Assembly: GCA_047605325.1 (NCBI GenBank)
Contig: JASGFX010000002.1
Location: forward strand, 39,642 to 103,641
Source: Solirubrobacterales bacterium
Lineage (GTDB): Bacteria; Actinomycetota; Thermoleophilia; Solirubrobacterales; JACPNS01
Reading direction: 5' to 3'
DNA: 64,000 nt
Shown here: positions 24,593 through 33,623 of the stretch, one piece after another
How the letters are laid out: each line of letters starts with the position of its first letter
Numbering within the stretch: the stretch's first letter is position 1
Made by a program: the position numbers and the translations under genes
Notes under the pieces: generated by a model
What the model was told of the DNA's origin: nothing
The model's database searches: none
Seen by the model: only the letters and a program-made list of their open reading frames with translations

Positions 24593-25012
24593 CGAACCGA
24601 ACCCCCCGCTACCGCGGACCGTCGTCTCGAAATCCTCGACCTCGGTCCACTCCGGCGCGGCGTAGGCGGTGATCACCAGCTGCGCGATGCGTTCGCCGGC
24701 CGTCACCTCGTAGGCCTTGGTTCGATCCGTATTCAACATCAGCACCTGCAGCTCACCGCGGTAGCCCGAGTCGATCAAACCCGGGGTGTTGGTGAGCGTG
24801 ATGCCGTGCTTGTGGGCGAGGCCGGATCGCGGGAGCACAAGCCCAGCGTGACCGTCGGGGATTGCGATCGCTATGCCGGTTGCGACCTTGGCGCGCTCGC
24901 CCGGCTCGAGCTTCACGCCTTCGACCGCGTAGAGATCGCTGCCGGCGTCACCGGGATGTGCCTGGGTCGGGACGATCGCGTCGTGGCGGAGTTTGATGAA
25001 TCGAAGTTCCAA
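24581..25012 (-). CDS. dut: dUTP diphosphatase
   Basis: GDAGSDL, PRSGLA, GLIDSGYRGE, RIAQL and RGSGGFGSSG. Confidence 0.97.
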   Translation of the reverse strand: MELRFIKLRHDAIVPTQAHPGDAGSDLYAVEGVKLEPGERAKVATGIAIAIPDGHAGLVLPRSGLAHKHGITLTNTPGLIDSGYRGELQVLMLNTDRTKAYEVTAGERIAQLVITAYAAPEWTEVEDFETTVRGSGGFGSSGA

Positions 25013-25028
25013 GGAGCGCGCAGCCTAC

Positions 25029-26315
25029 TCAGGCGGCGGCCGGAATTTGAAATCGCTCGAGCCTCGCGGCGAGCGGCGCCGGGAGCTTGGCGACCACGCG
25101 CACGCCGTCGGCACGATCATCGCGGTGCAGATCGGCCGCCTGCTGATGCAGGGTGTCGAGGACGTCGCCGTCCGTGTACGGCACGAGCAGATCGACCGGA
25201 ACCAGGCGGGCCGCGAGCTTCTTCCCGATCTGATCGAGCAATTCGTCGAGACCCTCACCGGTCTCTGCGGAGACGAGCGAGGCGCCGGGATGACGAAATC
25301 CGAGCTCCTGCCTGCGATCGTGGTCGACGAGGTCGATCTTGTTCAGCACTAGATGCGAGTCCTTCTCGACGACCCCGATTTCGGCAAGGACATCGTCGAC
25401 CGCCGCGATCATCTCCGTGAGGTCCTCTTCTTCCATCGAGGCATCGACAACGTGGAGCACGAGCTCGGCCGAGAGTGCCTCCTCCAGGGTCGAGGCGAAT
25501 GCGTCGACGAGTTGGTGGGGAAGCTTGCGGATGAACCCGACGGTGTCGGTCAGCAGAACGGTGCGGCCCTCGACCTCGAGCGTGCGGGTCGTCGGATCAA
25601 GCGTCTCGAAGAGCCGATCGCGGACGATCACGTCGGCCCCGGTGAGCCGGTTGAGCAGGGAAGATTTGCCGGCGTTGGTGTACCCGGCCAGCGCGACCGT
25701 TCCGATGCTCTTGCGCTCGCGCTCGCGACGCTGAGTCTCGCGCGCCGCGCGAACCTGGGAGAGACGCCTGCGCAGCGCGGTGATGCGGTCGCGAGCGAGT
25801 CGACGGTCGGTTTCGATCTGGGATTCACCTGGACCACGCGTTCCGATCCCGGCGCCGAGGCGCTCGAGGTGGGTCCAGAGGCCGCGCATGCGCGAGAGGT
25901 TGTATTCGAGCTGGGCGAGCTCGACCTGAAGCTTGCCCTCGGCGCTGCGCGCGTGGCCGGCGAAGATGTCGAGGATGATCTCGGTGCGGTCGACCACCGA
26001 GATTCCGACCTCCTTCTCGAGGTTGCGGGCCTGTCGCGGGAGCAGTTCGTCGTCGCAAGCGACGACGTTGGCGTTGGACTCCTTGATCAACGCCTTGAGC
26101 TCCTCGATCTTGCCCTTTCCGAAGTAGGCGTTGGGGTCGGGCTCAGCACGTCGCTGGATCATTTCCCCCGCCACCGCCACCCCGGCGGTCCGCAGCAACT
26201 CGCGAAGTTCGGCAAGGTCGGGCTCTTCGGGTGCGGAGGCGATGCACAGCGCGCGCTGCTTGGCGCGGGGGTTGACGATGCCTTCCCCGTATTTGGATTC
26301 CCGACGTTCTTGCAC
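25029..26315 (-). CDS. hflX: GTPase HflX
   Basis: ILDIFA.HA.S.EGKLQVELAQL, GTRGPGE, GYTNAGKSS, DTVGF and NKID. Confidence 0.97.
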   Translation of the reverse strand: MQERRESKYGEGIVNPRAKQRALCIASAPEEPDLAELRELLRTAGVAVAGEMIQRRAEPDPNAYFGKGKIEELKALIKESNANVVACDDELLPRQARNLEKEVGISVVDRTEIILDIFAGHARSAEGKLQVELAQLEYNLSRMRGLWTHLERLGAGIGTRGPGESQIETDRRLARDRITALRRRLSQVRAARETQRRERERKSIGTVALAGYTNAGKSSLLNRLTGADVIVRDRLFETLDPTTRTLEVEGRTVLLTDTVGFIRKLPHQLVDAFASTLEEALSAELVLHVVDASMEEEDLTEMIAAVDDVLAEIGVVEKDSHLVLNKIDLVDHDRRQELGFRHPGASLVSAETGEGLDELLDQIGKKLAARLVPVDLLVPYTDGDVLDTLHQQAADLHRDDRADGVRVVAKLPAPLAARLERFQIPAAA

Positions 26316-26355
26316 TTGAACCCAGACTAACCGCGCGGCGCGCGGAGCGGTGCGA

Positions 26356-27531
26356 TCACTTCGCGAGCGTCGAGCGCAGTCGCTCCACGGCTTCGGACAG
26401 ACGCTCGTCGGGGGTCGTCAGCGAGATACGGAAGAAGCCCTCGCCAGACTCGCCGTAGGCTCCGCCTGGCGAGATCACAACGGCTGACTCCTCGAGCACG
26501 TGCTCGCAGTAGGCGGCCGCGTTCTCAAAACCGTCCGGCACCGGGGCCCAGATGTAGATCGTCGCCTTCGGTCGCTTGACGTCGACGCCAATCTCGCCAA
26601 GCGCGTCGCACACGAGATCGCGACGGCGCTGGTAGAGCTGGTTCATCTGCGCGACGTCGGCGTCGGTGCGCTCGCTGAGTGCTTCGACTGCGGCCAGCTG
26701 GACGGCCTCAAAGTTTCCGGAGTCGATATTGGTCTTCAGACGCCAGTACTGGGCGATCGCCTCTGCGTTGCCGACGATCGCGGAGGCGCGCCAGCCGGTC
26801 ATGTTGTAGCCCTTGGAGAGCGAGAAGACCTCGACGCCGACCTCTTTGGCTCCCGGGGTCTCGAGGAAGCTCGGCGGCTTGTATCCGTCATAGGCAGTCT
26901 CGGTATAGGCCGCGTCGCTGACCACGAGGATGTCGTGCTCGCGCGCGAACGCTACGACCTCCTCATAGAAACCATCCGGCACGATCGCGCCAGTCGGGTT
27001 GTTCGGGTAGTTGATGAACATCAGCTTCGCCTTGGCGAGCTTGTCGGCGGGGATCGCCGAAAGGTCGGGCGTGAAGTCACGTTCGGGAAGGAGCGGCATC
27101 AGCACTGGCTCTGCGCCGACGAGAATCGGACCGCCGGTGTAGACGGGATAGCCCGGGTCCGAGGCCAGCGCGACATCGCCGGGGTCCAGGAACGCGAGGT
27201 TCAGGTTGAAAATTGTCTCCTTTGCACCGATTCCGGGCATCACCTCGGTCTCGGGGTCGAGCTGCACGCCGAAGCGGCGCTCGTAGAAGTCGGCGACGGC
27301 CTGGCGGAACTCCGCGCGGCCACGGTTCGACGGGTACTGGTGCGTGCCGGGGTCAGCGACGGCCTGCTGCATTGCGGCGACGACGTTGGCCGGCGTCGGC
27401 ATGTCCGGGTCGCCGATGCCGAGCGAGATGACGTCGATGCCGGCCTCCTTCTTGGCGGCGATCTTCTTCTCGAGTTCGGCGAATAGATACGGCGGGATCT
27501 GCGCGAGACGTGCGCTCGGCTTGATGGTCAC
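26356..27531 (-). CDS. dapL: LL-diaminopimelate aminotransferase (class I PLP aminotransferase)
   Basis: ISLGIGDPD, NYPNNPTG and SLSKGYNMTGWR; start overlaps the dapF stop. A DapC-type specificity cannot be excluded from sequence alone. Confidence 0.75.
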   Translation of the reverse strand: MTIKPSARLAQIPPYLFAELEKKIAAKKEAGIDVISLGIGDPDMPTPANVVAAMQQAVADPGTHQYPSNRGRAEFRQAVADFYERRFGVQLDPETEVMPGIGAKETIFNLNLAFLDPGDVALASDPGYPVYTGGPILVGAEPVLMPLLPERDFTPDLSAIPADKLAKAKLMFINYPNNPTGAIVPDGFYEEVVAFAREHDILVVSDAAYTETAYDGYKPPSFLETPGAKEVGVEVFSLSKGYNMTGWRASAIVGNAEAIAQYWRLKTNIDSGNFEAVQLAAVEALSERTDADVAQMNQLYQRRRDLVCDALGEIGVDVKRPKATIYIWAPVPDGFENAAAYCEHVLEESAVVISPGGAYGESGEGFFRISLTTPDERLSEAVERLRSTLAK

Positions 27532-28379
27532 AGCTGCTCCAGTTCAGAGATGAATTCGGCGGTGAGCTCGCCGTCGAAGACTGGCTTCGCCCACCCGGTC
27601 AAAGTGATGTTGAGTTCGTCGTCGATGCCGACGAGCAGTTCGCCGCCGTCGAGTTCGACGGTGATCGGCGAGGGCACGCCGCGCAGGTGCGCAGCCACCG
27701 CCGCGCCGGTCGCGCCGGTGCCGGAGGAGAGCGTCTCCCCCACCCCACGCTCGAAGATCCGAGCCACGATCGTCTGGTCGCCGGTCTTCTGCCAGAACGA
27801 GACATTGGAGCGATTCGGAAAGCGCGAGTCGTTCTCGAGCGCGGGACCGATCTTCGGGAGCTCGAGGTCGAGCAGCCCCTGCCGGTCGCCGGCGATCTCG
27901 ATGGCGCACTGCGGGTTGCCGATCGAGACATGCTGGAACTCGGTGATGACGTTGTACAGCTCGATCTCGCCGCGGCCGTCCTCTGGACCCGACGGGAAGT
28001 CCTTCGAGGTGGTCGAGGCGCGCCCCATGTCGACCTCGCACTCGGTCTCCGAGACGATCTTCGGGCGGATGATGCCCGCAGCCGTGTTGACGGCGAACTC
28101 GTCCTTGTCGGTGGCGCCGCTGCGGCGGAGGTACATGACGGCTTCGCGCACTCCGTTGCCGGAGAGCTCGGCCTCGGAGCCGTCGGGATTGAAGATCTTC
28201 ACGTTGGCGACGATCTCGGGATCATCGCTCGGCGAGATCAGCAGAATGCCGTCGGCGCCGGCACCGAAGTGGTAGCGACAGATGTGCTCGATGCGCTCGG
28301 GCGTCAGCTCGAACGAGGGCGCGTCGTGCTCGACGACCATGTAGTCGTTGCCGAGCGCCTGCCACTTCTGGAACTTCAT
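27528..28379 (-). CDS. dapF: Diaminopimelate epimerase
   Basis: KWQALGNDY, GADG, NPDGSEAE(LS)GNG, GNPQ and ERGVGET(LSS)GTG. Confidence 0.9.
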   Translation of the reverse strand: MKFQKWQALGNDYMVVEHDAPSFELTPERIEHICRYHFGAGADGILLISPSDDPEIVANVKIFNPDGSEAELSGNGVREAVMYLRRSGATDKDEFAVNTAAGIIRPKIVSETECEVDMGRASTTSKDFPSGPEDGRGEIELYNVITEFQHVSIGNPQCAIEIAGDRQGLLDLELPKIGPALENDSRFPNRSNVSFWQKTGDQTIVARIFERGVGETLSSGTGATGAAVAAHLRGVPSPITVELDGGELLVGIDDELNITLTGWAKPVFDGELTAEFISELEQL

Positions 28380-28406
28380 CGATTTCCTCGCATTCGGCGC
28401 GCCAGT

Positions 28407-29315
28407 CTAATCGGTGAGGCTGTGCGCAATTTCGGCCGCGACATCGCTCGGCGCGCGGTCCGTGACGTCGATCGGCGTCGCCCCTGCGAGCTTGTTCAGC
28501 CAGGTCAGTTGGCGTTTGGCGTAGCGACGGGTGTTCGTCTTCATCTGCTCGACATCGCCTTCGAGCAGTTCCTCGAATCCGAGCGCCTGGCGTGCCGTGC
28601 GGCCGGCCAGCGGCGCCGCGCCGAGCACCTCGGACTCGGCTCCGGCGGCGACCATGGCGTCGACCCGAGCCTCGATCTGGGCGTAGAGGGCGTCGCGGTC
28701 CATCACCAGCGCGAAGAGTTTGGTCGGGACGCGCGTCTCCTCGGTCCAGAGGCGGTTCTCGGCCCGTTCGGCCGGGTTTTCGCCCTGCTCAAGCGTCTCC
28801 AGCGCGCGAATCACGCGCCGTGCGTTGTTCGGGTCGACCTCCGCTGCCAGATCGGGGGCTTCGCGCTCGAGACGGGCGTAGAGCGCCTCCAGGCCGTCCT
28901 GCTTCAGCTCCACCGTGAGTCGCTCGCGCACACCCTCGCGCGGTTTGGGCATCAGGTCGAGTTCGGTCAGGGCCGCGCGCAGGTACAGACCGGTGCCACC
29001 GACGACGATCGGGCGGCGGTCTTGCGCGCGCAGCTGGTCGATCTCCGCGTGGGCGAGCTTGGCGTGGGTCGCGACGTCGTACTGATCGGCGACCGAGATG
29101 TGCCCGACCAGGCGGTGCTCAAGTGCATTCTGCTCGGCGAAGTCGGGCGCGCCCGTGATGATCGGCAGCTCGCGGTACACCTGCATCGAGTCGACCGAGA
29201 CGGCGACTGGATCCTCGCCGCGCGCACGAACCAGCTCGGCAAGCTCGATCGCGACTGCAGTCTTGCCGATCCCGGTAGGCCCGAAGATCGCGACAACACC
29301 CGGCTCAGACAACAT
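28407..29315 (-). CDS. miaA: tRNA dimethylallyltransferase
   Basis: GPTGIGKT, DSMQVYR, VGGTGLY, RRVIRALE and TRRYAKRQLTW. Confidence 0.97.
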   Translation of the reverse strand: MLSEPGVVAIFGPTGIGKTAVAIELAELVRARGEDPVAVSVDSMQVYRELPIITGAPDFAEQNALEHRLVGHISVADQYDVATHAKLAHAEIDQLRAQDRRPIVVGGTGLYLRAALTELDLMPKPREGVRERLTVELKQDGLEALYARLEREAPDLAAEVDPNNARRVIRALETLEQGENPAERAENRLWTEETRVPTKLFALVMDRDALYAQIEARVDAMVAAGAESEVLGAAPLAGRTARQALGFEELLEGDVEQMKTNTRRYAKRQLTWLNKLAGATPIDVTDRAPSDVAAEIAHSLTD

Positions 29316-29442
29316 GGCTTCCTCCGAAATTCACTGAGGAAGCCAGTGGGTTCCTCAGTGGGGCCTTGAGGAAGCCAGTGGGTTCCTCGGTGAGGCCTTG
29401 AGGAAGCCAGTGGGTTCCTCGTTGAATGGCTGAGGAAGCCAT
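29314..29442. repeat. Tandem array of 22-bp palindromic repeats (TGAGGAAGCCAGTGGGTTCCTC), period 32 bp, with 10-bp variable linkers and terminal half-units
   Basis: Identical full copies at 29335-29356, 29367-29388 and 29399-29420; half copies at 29315-29324 and 29431-29441; linkers CGAAATTCAC, AGTGGGGCCT, GGTGAGGCCT, GTTGAATGGC. Confidence 0.95.
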
Positions 29443-29447
29443 TGAAC

Positions 29448-30770
29448 TCAGGCAAGCGCGCGAGCCAGCAACTGCTCTTCGCCGGCCAGTGTCTGCGAGG
29501 TCGCGGAGTCGACGCGCACGGTTGTGAACTCGCCGGCCTCGGCGAGACCGCTGAAGTTGACGACCTTGTTGTGGCGCGAGCGACCGCGCAGCTTGCTCGG
29601 ATCCTTGCGTGAGCGACCCTCGACGAAGACCTCCAGGTCGCGGCCGACGAAGCGTTGGGCGCGCTCGTGGGCGTGTGCCTGCACCCGCTCGACCAGCCGC
29701 TCCATGCGCTCGCGCTTGACTGCGTGCGGCAGCTGGTTTTCAAATTCGGCGGCTTCGGTGCCTCGGCGCGGCGAGTAGATGAAGGTGAAGGCTGAGTCGA
29801 ACTGCACCTCATCCACAACTTCGAGGGTCTCCTCGAACTCGGCATCGGTTTCACCCGGGAAACCGACGATGATGTCAGTGCTCAGCGAGATGTCCGGAAC
29901 GTGCTCGCGAATCAGCTGGACGCGGTCGAGGTAGCGCTCGCGGTTGTAGGTGCGGCGCATGCGCTTGAGCACTCGCGAGGAGCCCGCCTGCAGCGGAAGG
30001 TGGATGTGCTCGCAGAGACTTGGAAGCTCGGCATGGGCCTCGATCACGTCGATCTTGATGTCCTTCGGGTGCGGCGAGGTGTAACGGATGCGCTCGATGC
30101 CGTCGATCGCATCGACCTCGCGCAAGAGCTGCGCAAAGGTCATCCGCTGCTCCTTTGGCAGCGAGCGGCCGTACGAATTCACGTTCTGGCCGAGCAGTGT
30201 CACCTCACGTACGCCGTCCTCGGCCATGCGAGCGACGTCGGCGATCACCTCATTGGGATCACGAGATACTTCACGCCCGCGCGTTGAAGGCACGATGCAG
30301 TACGAGCACACCTCGCGGCAACCAATCGAGATCTGCGTCCAGCCGAAGTATTCGCGCTCGCGGCGCGCGGGCAGATCACCGGTGAATCCCTCGAACTCGA
30401 AGTAGCCCTGTGCCGTCAGCGAGTCAGAGTTCAGAAACTCGGCGAGCTTGTGCACCTGGCCGGGACCGAATGCGACGTCGACGAAGGGAAACTGCTCGAA
30501 GACTTCGTCCTTGACCGACTGGGCCCAGCACCCTCCCACGCCGATCACCGTGCCGGGGTTCTCCGTCTTGATGCGCTTGGCGTTGCCGAGGTGCGCGACG
30601 AATTTCGTGTCTGCAGCCTCTCGGATCGAACAGGTGTTGAAGAGGATCAGATCGGCCTCGTCCTGAGCGGGCGCCTCGTCGTAACCGAGCGAGTCGAGCA
30701 TCCCCTTCATCCGCTCGGAATCGTGCTCGTTCATCTGGCACCCAAAGGTTGTCACGTGGTACTTCGGCAT
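29448..30770 (-). CDS. miaB: tRNA-2-methylthio-N6-dimethylallyladenosine synthase (radical SAM)
   Basis: TFGCQMNEHDSE, NTCSIRE, GGCWAQ, CxxxCxxC (CREVCSYC), YTSPHP, IIVGFPGET and a TRAM-like C-terminus. Confidence 0.97.
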   Translation of the reverse strand: MPKYHVTTFGCQMNEHDSERMKGMLDSLGYDEAPAQDEADLILFNTCSIREAADTKFVAHLGNAKRIKTENPGTVIGVGGCWAQSVKDEVFEQFPFVDVAFGPGQVHKLAEFLNSDSLTAQGYFEFEGFTGDLPARREREYFGWTQISIGCREVCSYCIVPSTRGREVSRDPNEVIADVARMAEDGVREVTLLGQNVNSYGRSLPKEQRMTFAQLLREVDAIDGIERIRYTSPHPKDIKIDVIEAHAELPSLCEHIHLPLQAGSSRVLKRMRRTYNRERYLDRVQLIREHVPDISLSTDIIVGFPGETDAEFEETLEVVDEVQFDSAFTFIYSPRRGTEAAEFENQLPHAVKRERMERLVERVQAHAHERAQRFVGRDLEVFVEGRSRKDPSKLRGRSRHNKVVNFSGLAEAGEFTTVRVDSATSQTLAGEEQLLARALA

Positions 30771-30947
30771 TGGGTGTTCAGGGTACTTGCGGCCGGCGTG
30801 CGGTGACTGAACGTCGCTTCACGACCAACACGCAGCTTTTGCCGGGCAGTCGATCATCGCAGCCTTAAGACGCCCGGAGAACTCTGCCGTTGGCAACCCC
30901 ATGAACAAGCGTCAAATCTTCCAATGATCTGACCGCCGGGCAGGTCA

Positions 30948-31004
30948 GGGGAAGAGGTCCCCGCCCGCAGCGGCGTAAGCCGCGAGGACGGAGATCTCTT
31001 CTCC
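30948..31004. terminator. Long imperfect hairpin downstream of recA (terminator or REP-like)
   Basis: GGGGAAGAGGTCCCC...GCGGC-GTAA-GCCGC...GGAGATCTCTTCTCC. Confidence 0.5.
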
Positions 31005-31019
31005 GGTTCAACCACAGCG

Positions 31020-32126
31020 CTACGCAGCAGCCTCTTCAGCAACCGAGACCGAAGGTTCGACGTCTGCCTCGAGCACCTCGCCCGTCTCGGCATCCACGGC
31101 AATCGGACGCCCATGGGCATCGAGGCCAAGCGACGCGTAGACCTTGCCCTCGATCTCCTTGGAGATCTCGGGGTTGTCCTTGAGGAACTGCTTGACGTTG
31201 TTGCGGCCCTGGCCAAGTTTGATCTCGCCGTAAGAGAAGAACGAGCCGGATTTCGTCAGCACGTTGTGCTCGATGCCGAGGTCGACGAGGCAGCCCTCCG
31301 AGGAGATGCCCTGACCGAACTCGATGTCGAACTCGGCCTGGCGGAACGGCGGGGCGACCTTGTTCTTTACGACCTTGACGCGGACGCGGTTTCCGACGAC
31401 CTCGGTGCCTTCCTTGATCGACTCGATGCGGCGAATGTCGAGGCGCTGCGAGGAGAAGAACTTCAACGCGCGTCCACCCGGCTGGGTCTCCGGGGAGCCG
31501 AACATCACGCCGATCTTCTCGCGGATCTGGTTGATGAAGATGCAGGTGGTGTCGGTGCGGTTGAGGTTTCCGGCGATCTTGCGCATCGCCTGGCTCATCA
31601 TGCGCGCCTGCAGGCCGACAGTCTGGTCGCCCATCGCGCCCTCGAGCTCGCTCTTAGGCGTCAGCGCGGCGACGGAGTCGACGGCGACGACGGACATAGC
31701 GCCCGAACGGACCAGCATGTCGGCAATCTCGAGCGCCTGCTCGCCGTGATCGGGCTGGGAGACCAGCAGGCTGTCGATGTCGACGCCGATGCGGGCCGCG
31801 TACTCCGGGTCCATCGCGTGCTCTGCGTCGATGAAGGCGCAGGTGCCGCCGGCCTTCTGGGCCTGGGCGATGATCTCGTAGACGAGCGTGGTTTTACCGG
31901 AAGACTCAGGTCCGTAGATCTCGACGATGCGGCCCTTCGGCACTCCGCCGATGCCCAGCGCGAGGTCGAGCGAGAGAACGCCGGTCGGGACGGCGCCGAT
32001 CTTCTGACGGGCGCTGTCGTCGCCCATGCGCATGACGGTGCCCTTGCCGAACTGACGCTCGATCTGTGTCAGAGCGCCGTCGAGCGCGGCTGCCTTCTGC
32101 TTGTCGTTCATTTCCACTCGTTCCAC
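31020..32126 (-). CDS. recA: Recombinase A
   Basis: [39 protein letters not shown] and KNKVAPPF; GTG 32126 follows an AGGAG SD (alternative ATG 32111). Confidence 0.99.
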   Translation of the reverse strand: MERVEMNDKQKAAALDGALTQIERQFGKGTVMRMGDDSARQKIGAVPTGVLSLDLALGIGGVPKGRIVEIYGPESSGKTTLVYEIIAQAQKAGGTCAFIDAEHAMDPEYAARIGVDIDSLLVSQPDHGEQALEIADMLVRSGAMSVVAVDSVAALTPKSELEGAMGDQTVGLQARMMSQAMRKIAGNLNRTDTTCIFINQIREKIGVMFGSPETQPGGRALKFFSSQRLDIRRIESIKEGTEVVGNRVRVKVVKNKVAPPFRQAEFDIEFGQGISSEGCLVDLGIEHNVLTKSGSFFSYGEIKLGQGRNNVKQFLKDNPEISKEIEGKVYASLGLDAHGRPIAVDAETGEVLEADVEPSVSVAEEAAA

Positions 32127-32268
32127 GGGGTGCTCCTGTTTCGTTTTGTGCATGCCCCGATTGAACGGGGAAACACGTGACGGATCTAGACCCGTTTGCA
32201 AAAACTTTGCGACGGGATCGAAAAACTTCAGTCACAAGAGCAAACCAACTGCCCCGGACGGAACAATA

Positions 32269-32302
32269 CGAACAGGCGTTCGTGCAAGCGAACTTGCGTT
32301 CG
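32269..32302. promoter_or_regulatory. Two tandem Gram-positive-type LexA (SOS) boxes at the recA promoter
   Basis: CGAACAGGCGTTCG (32269-32282) and CGAACTTGCGTTCG (32289-32302) match CGAAC-N4-GTTCG; a TATTGT -10 on the minus strand (32263-32268) abuts box 1. Confidence 0.88.
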
Positions 32303-32320
32303 ATCGGTCTGCTGAACCGC

Positions 32321-33598
32321 TCAGCTGGGGTCGACCAGCAGCTGCCGCACGAGGTGCAGAGCAACCGTAGCTGCGCGTTCCTGGACGTCACGGCGGCGCC
32401 CCGGGAGCACGATGTGAAGGTTGCGGCTGCGTCCGTCTCGACTGACCGCGTGGAAGTCGACGGTCCCCACCGGCTTCCCTTCGCTCCCCCCGTCTGGTCC
32501 GGCGATCCCGGTGATCGCGACGGCGAAGTCTGCGTCAAAAGCCTCGAGCGCTCCACCAGCCATCGACTCTGCGACCTCGGGCGAGACTGCGCCGAATTCC
32601 TCGAGCTGGGCTTCGGGAACCGAGAGGATCCGGGCCTTCGCGTCGTTCGAATAGGTCACGGCGCTGCCTTTGAAGTACAGCGACGATCCGGGGACCTCGG
32701 TGAGGCGCTCGGCGAGCAGGCCTCCGGTGCACGACTCTGCGAGCGCCAGGGTGCGACCGTCAAGCAGCCGAATGATCTGTTGATCGACCGTCTCGTCACT
32801 CTCGGAGAAGATCGCTCGCCCGTACTGCTCTGAGAACGCAGCGATCAGCGCTTCGCGTCGGGCGTGGTCCTCGGGGCGGTGGCTGACGAGGATCTCCATC
32901 TCGCCCTTTCTCAGACACGTGGTGATCTCCATGTCACCAAGCCCTTGCGCCGCGTCAAACTCGCGCAGCGTCTTGGCGATGTCGCTTTCCGGCACACCGA
33001 TCATGCGGATCATCTGTTCCTCGAAGACGAAGGTGCCGGCGGCGAGTGACTTGAAGGCGTCGGTCTCGACCGCCTCGACCCAGATCTTCTGGAGTTCGCC
33101 GGGCGGCCCCGGAAGGACGACGACCGTCGGCCCCTCCCCGCTCGCCTGGGTCACCACGAGTCCCGGCGCCGTGCCGGCGGGTCCGAGAATGTCCGAATCG
33201 CGCGGAACGACGGCCTGCTTGCGCGAGCCGGCCTCCAAGGCCTCAGGGTCCCAGTTCATCCGCATCGAAAAACCCTCGATGATCTTGTTGATCTTCTCGA
33301 GTGTGGGCTCATCGAGGTACATCTCGCGGTCGCAGAACTCGCCGACGATCGTCGCCGTGAGGTCATCGGCGGTGGGACCCAGGCCACCGGTGGTGCAGAT
33401 CAGGTCGATCTGCTGGTCGCGCATGAACTCGAGCTGCGCGCGGATGTCCTCTGGGCGATCACGACAGATCGTGATGTGCACGACGTCGAAACCGAAGCCA
33501 CGCAGCGCCTCCGAAAGCCACGGGCCATTGCGGTCGACGATCCGGGCCGTCAGCACCTCGGTCCCCGTGACGACGATGCCGGCTCTCAGCTGATCCAT
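32321..33598 (-). CDS. cinA: Competence/damage-inducible protein A (MoCF-binding + NMN deamidase domains)
   Basis: TGTEVL...DRNGPWL, TGGLGPTADD, LPGPPGE, AESCTGG, GAVS and TGIAGPDGG. Confidence 0.95.
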   Translation of the reverse strand: MDQLRAGIVVTGTEVLTARIVDRNGPWLSEALRGFGFDVVHITICRDRPEDIRAQLEFMRDQQIDLICTTGGLGPTADDLTATIVGEFCDREMYLDEPTLEKINKIIEGFSMRMNWDPEALEAGSRKQAVVPRDSDILGPAGTAPGLVVTQASGEGPTVVVLPGPPGELQKIWVEAVETDAFKSLAAGTFVFEEQMIRMIGVPESDIAKTLREFDAAQGLGDMEITTCLRKGEMEILVSHRPEDHARREALIAAFSEQYGRAIFSESDETVDQQIIRLLDGRTLALAESCTGGLLAERLTEVPGSSLYFKGSAVTYSNDAKARILSVPEAQLEEFGAVSPEVAESMAGGALEAFDADFAVAITGIAGPDGGSEGKPVGTVDFHAVSRDGRSRNLHIVLPGRRRDVQERAATVALHLVRQLLVDPS

Positions 33599-33623
33599 GC
33601 GCTGGAGCTTACGCCCTGATCGC

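Noticed and set aside
27687-29369. Long antisense ORFs (e.g. 27687-29369, 3887-5257, 9404-10777, 37162-38508, 50593-51933)
   Set aside because: These are typical stop-poor shadow frames opposite real genes in high-GC DNA, with no recognisable motifs.
29314-29442. CRISPR array interpretation of the 22-bp repeats
   Set aside because: Linkers are only 10 bp and two are near-identical; there is no AT-rich leader or cas gene; the array is bounded by half-units in inverted orientation.
30800-30910. c-di-GMP-I riboswitch or 6S RNA suggested by GGGGTTGCC and GGTTCAA words
   Set aside because: The other conserved elements (GGCAAA...GAAA...GACGCAAA; 6S central bubble with long closing stem) could not be found in the right order. 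Kept only as an unexplained structured gap.
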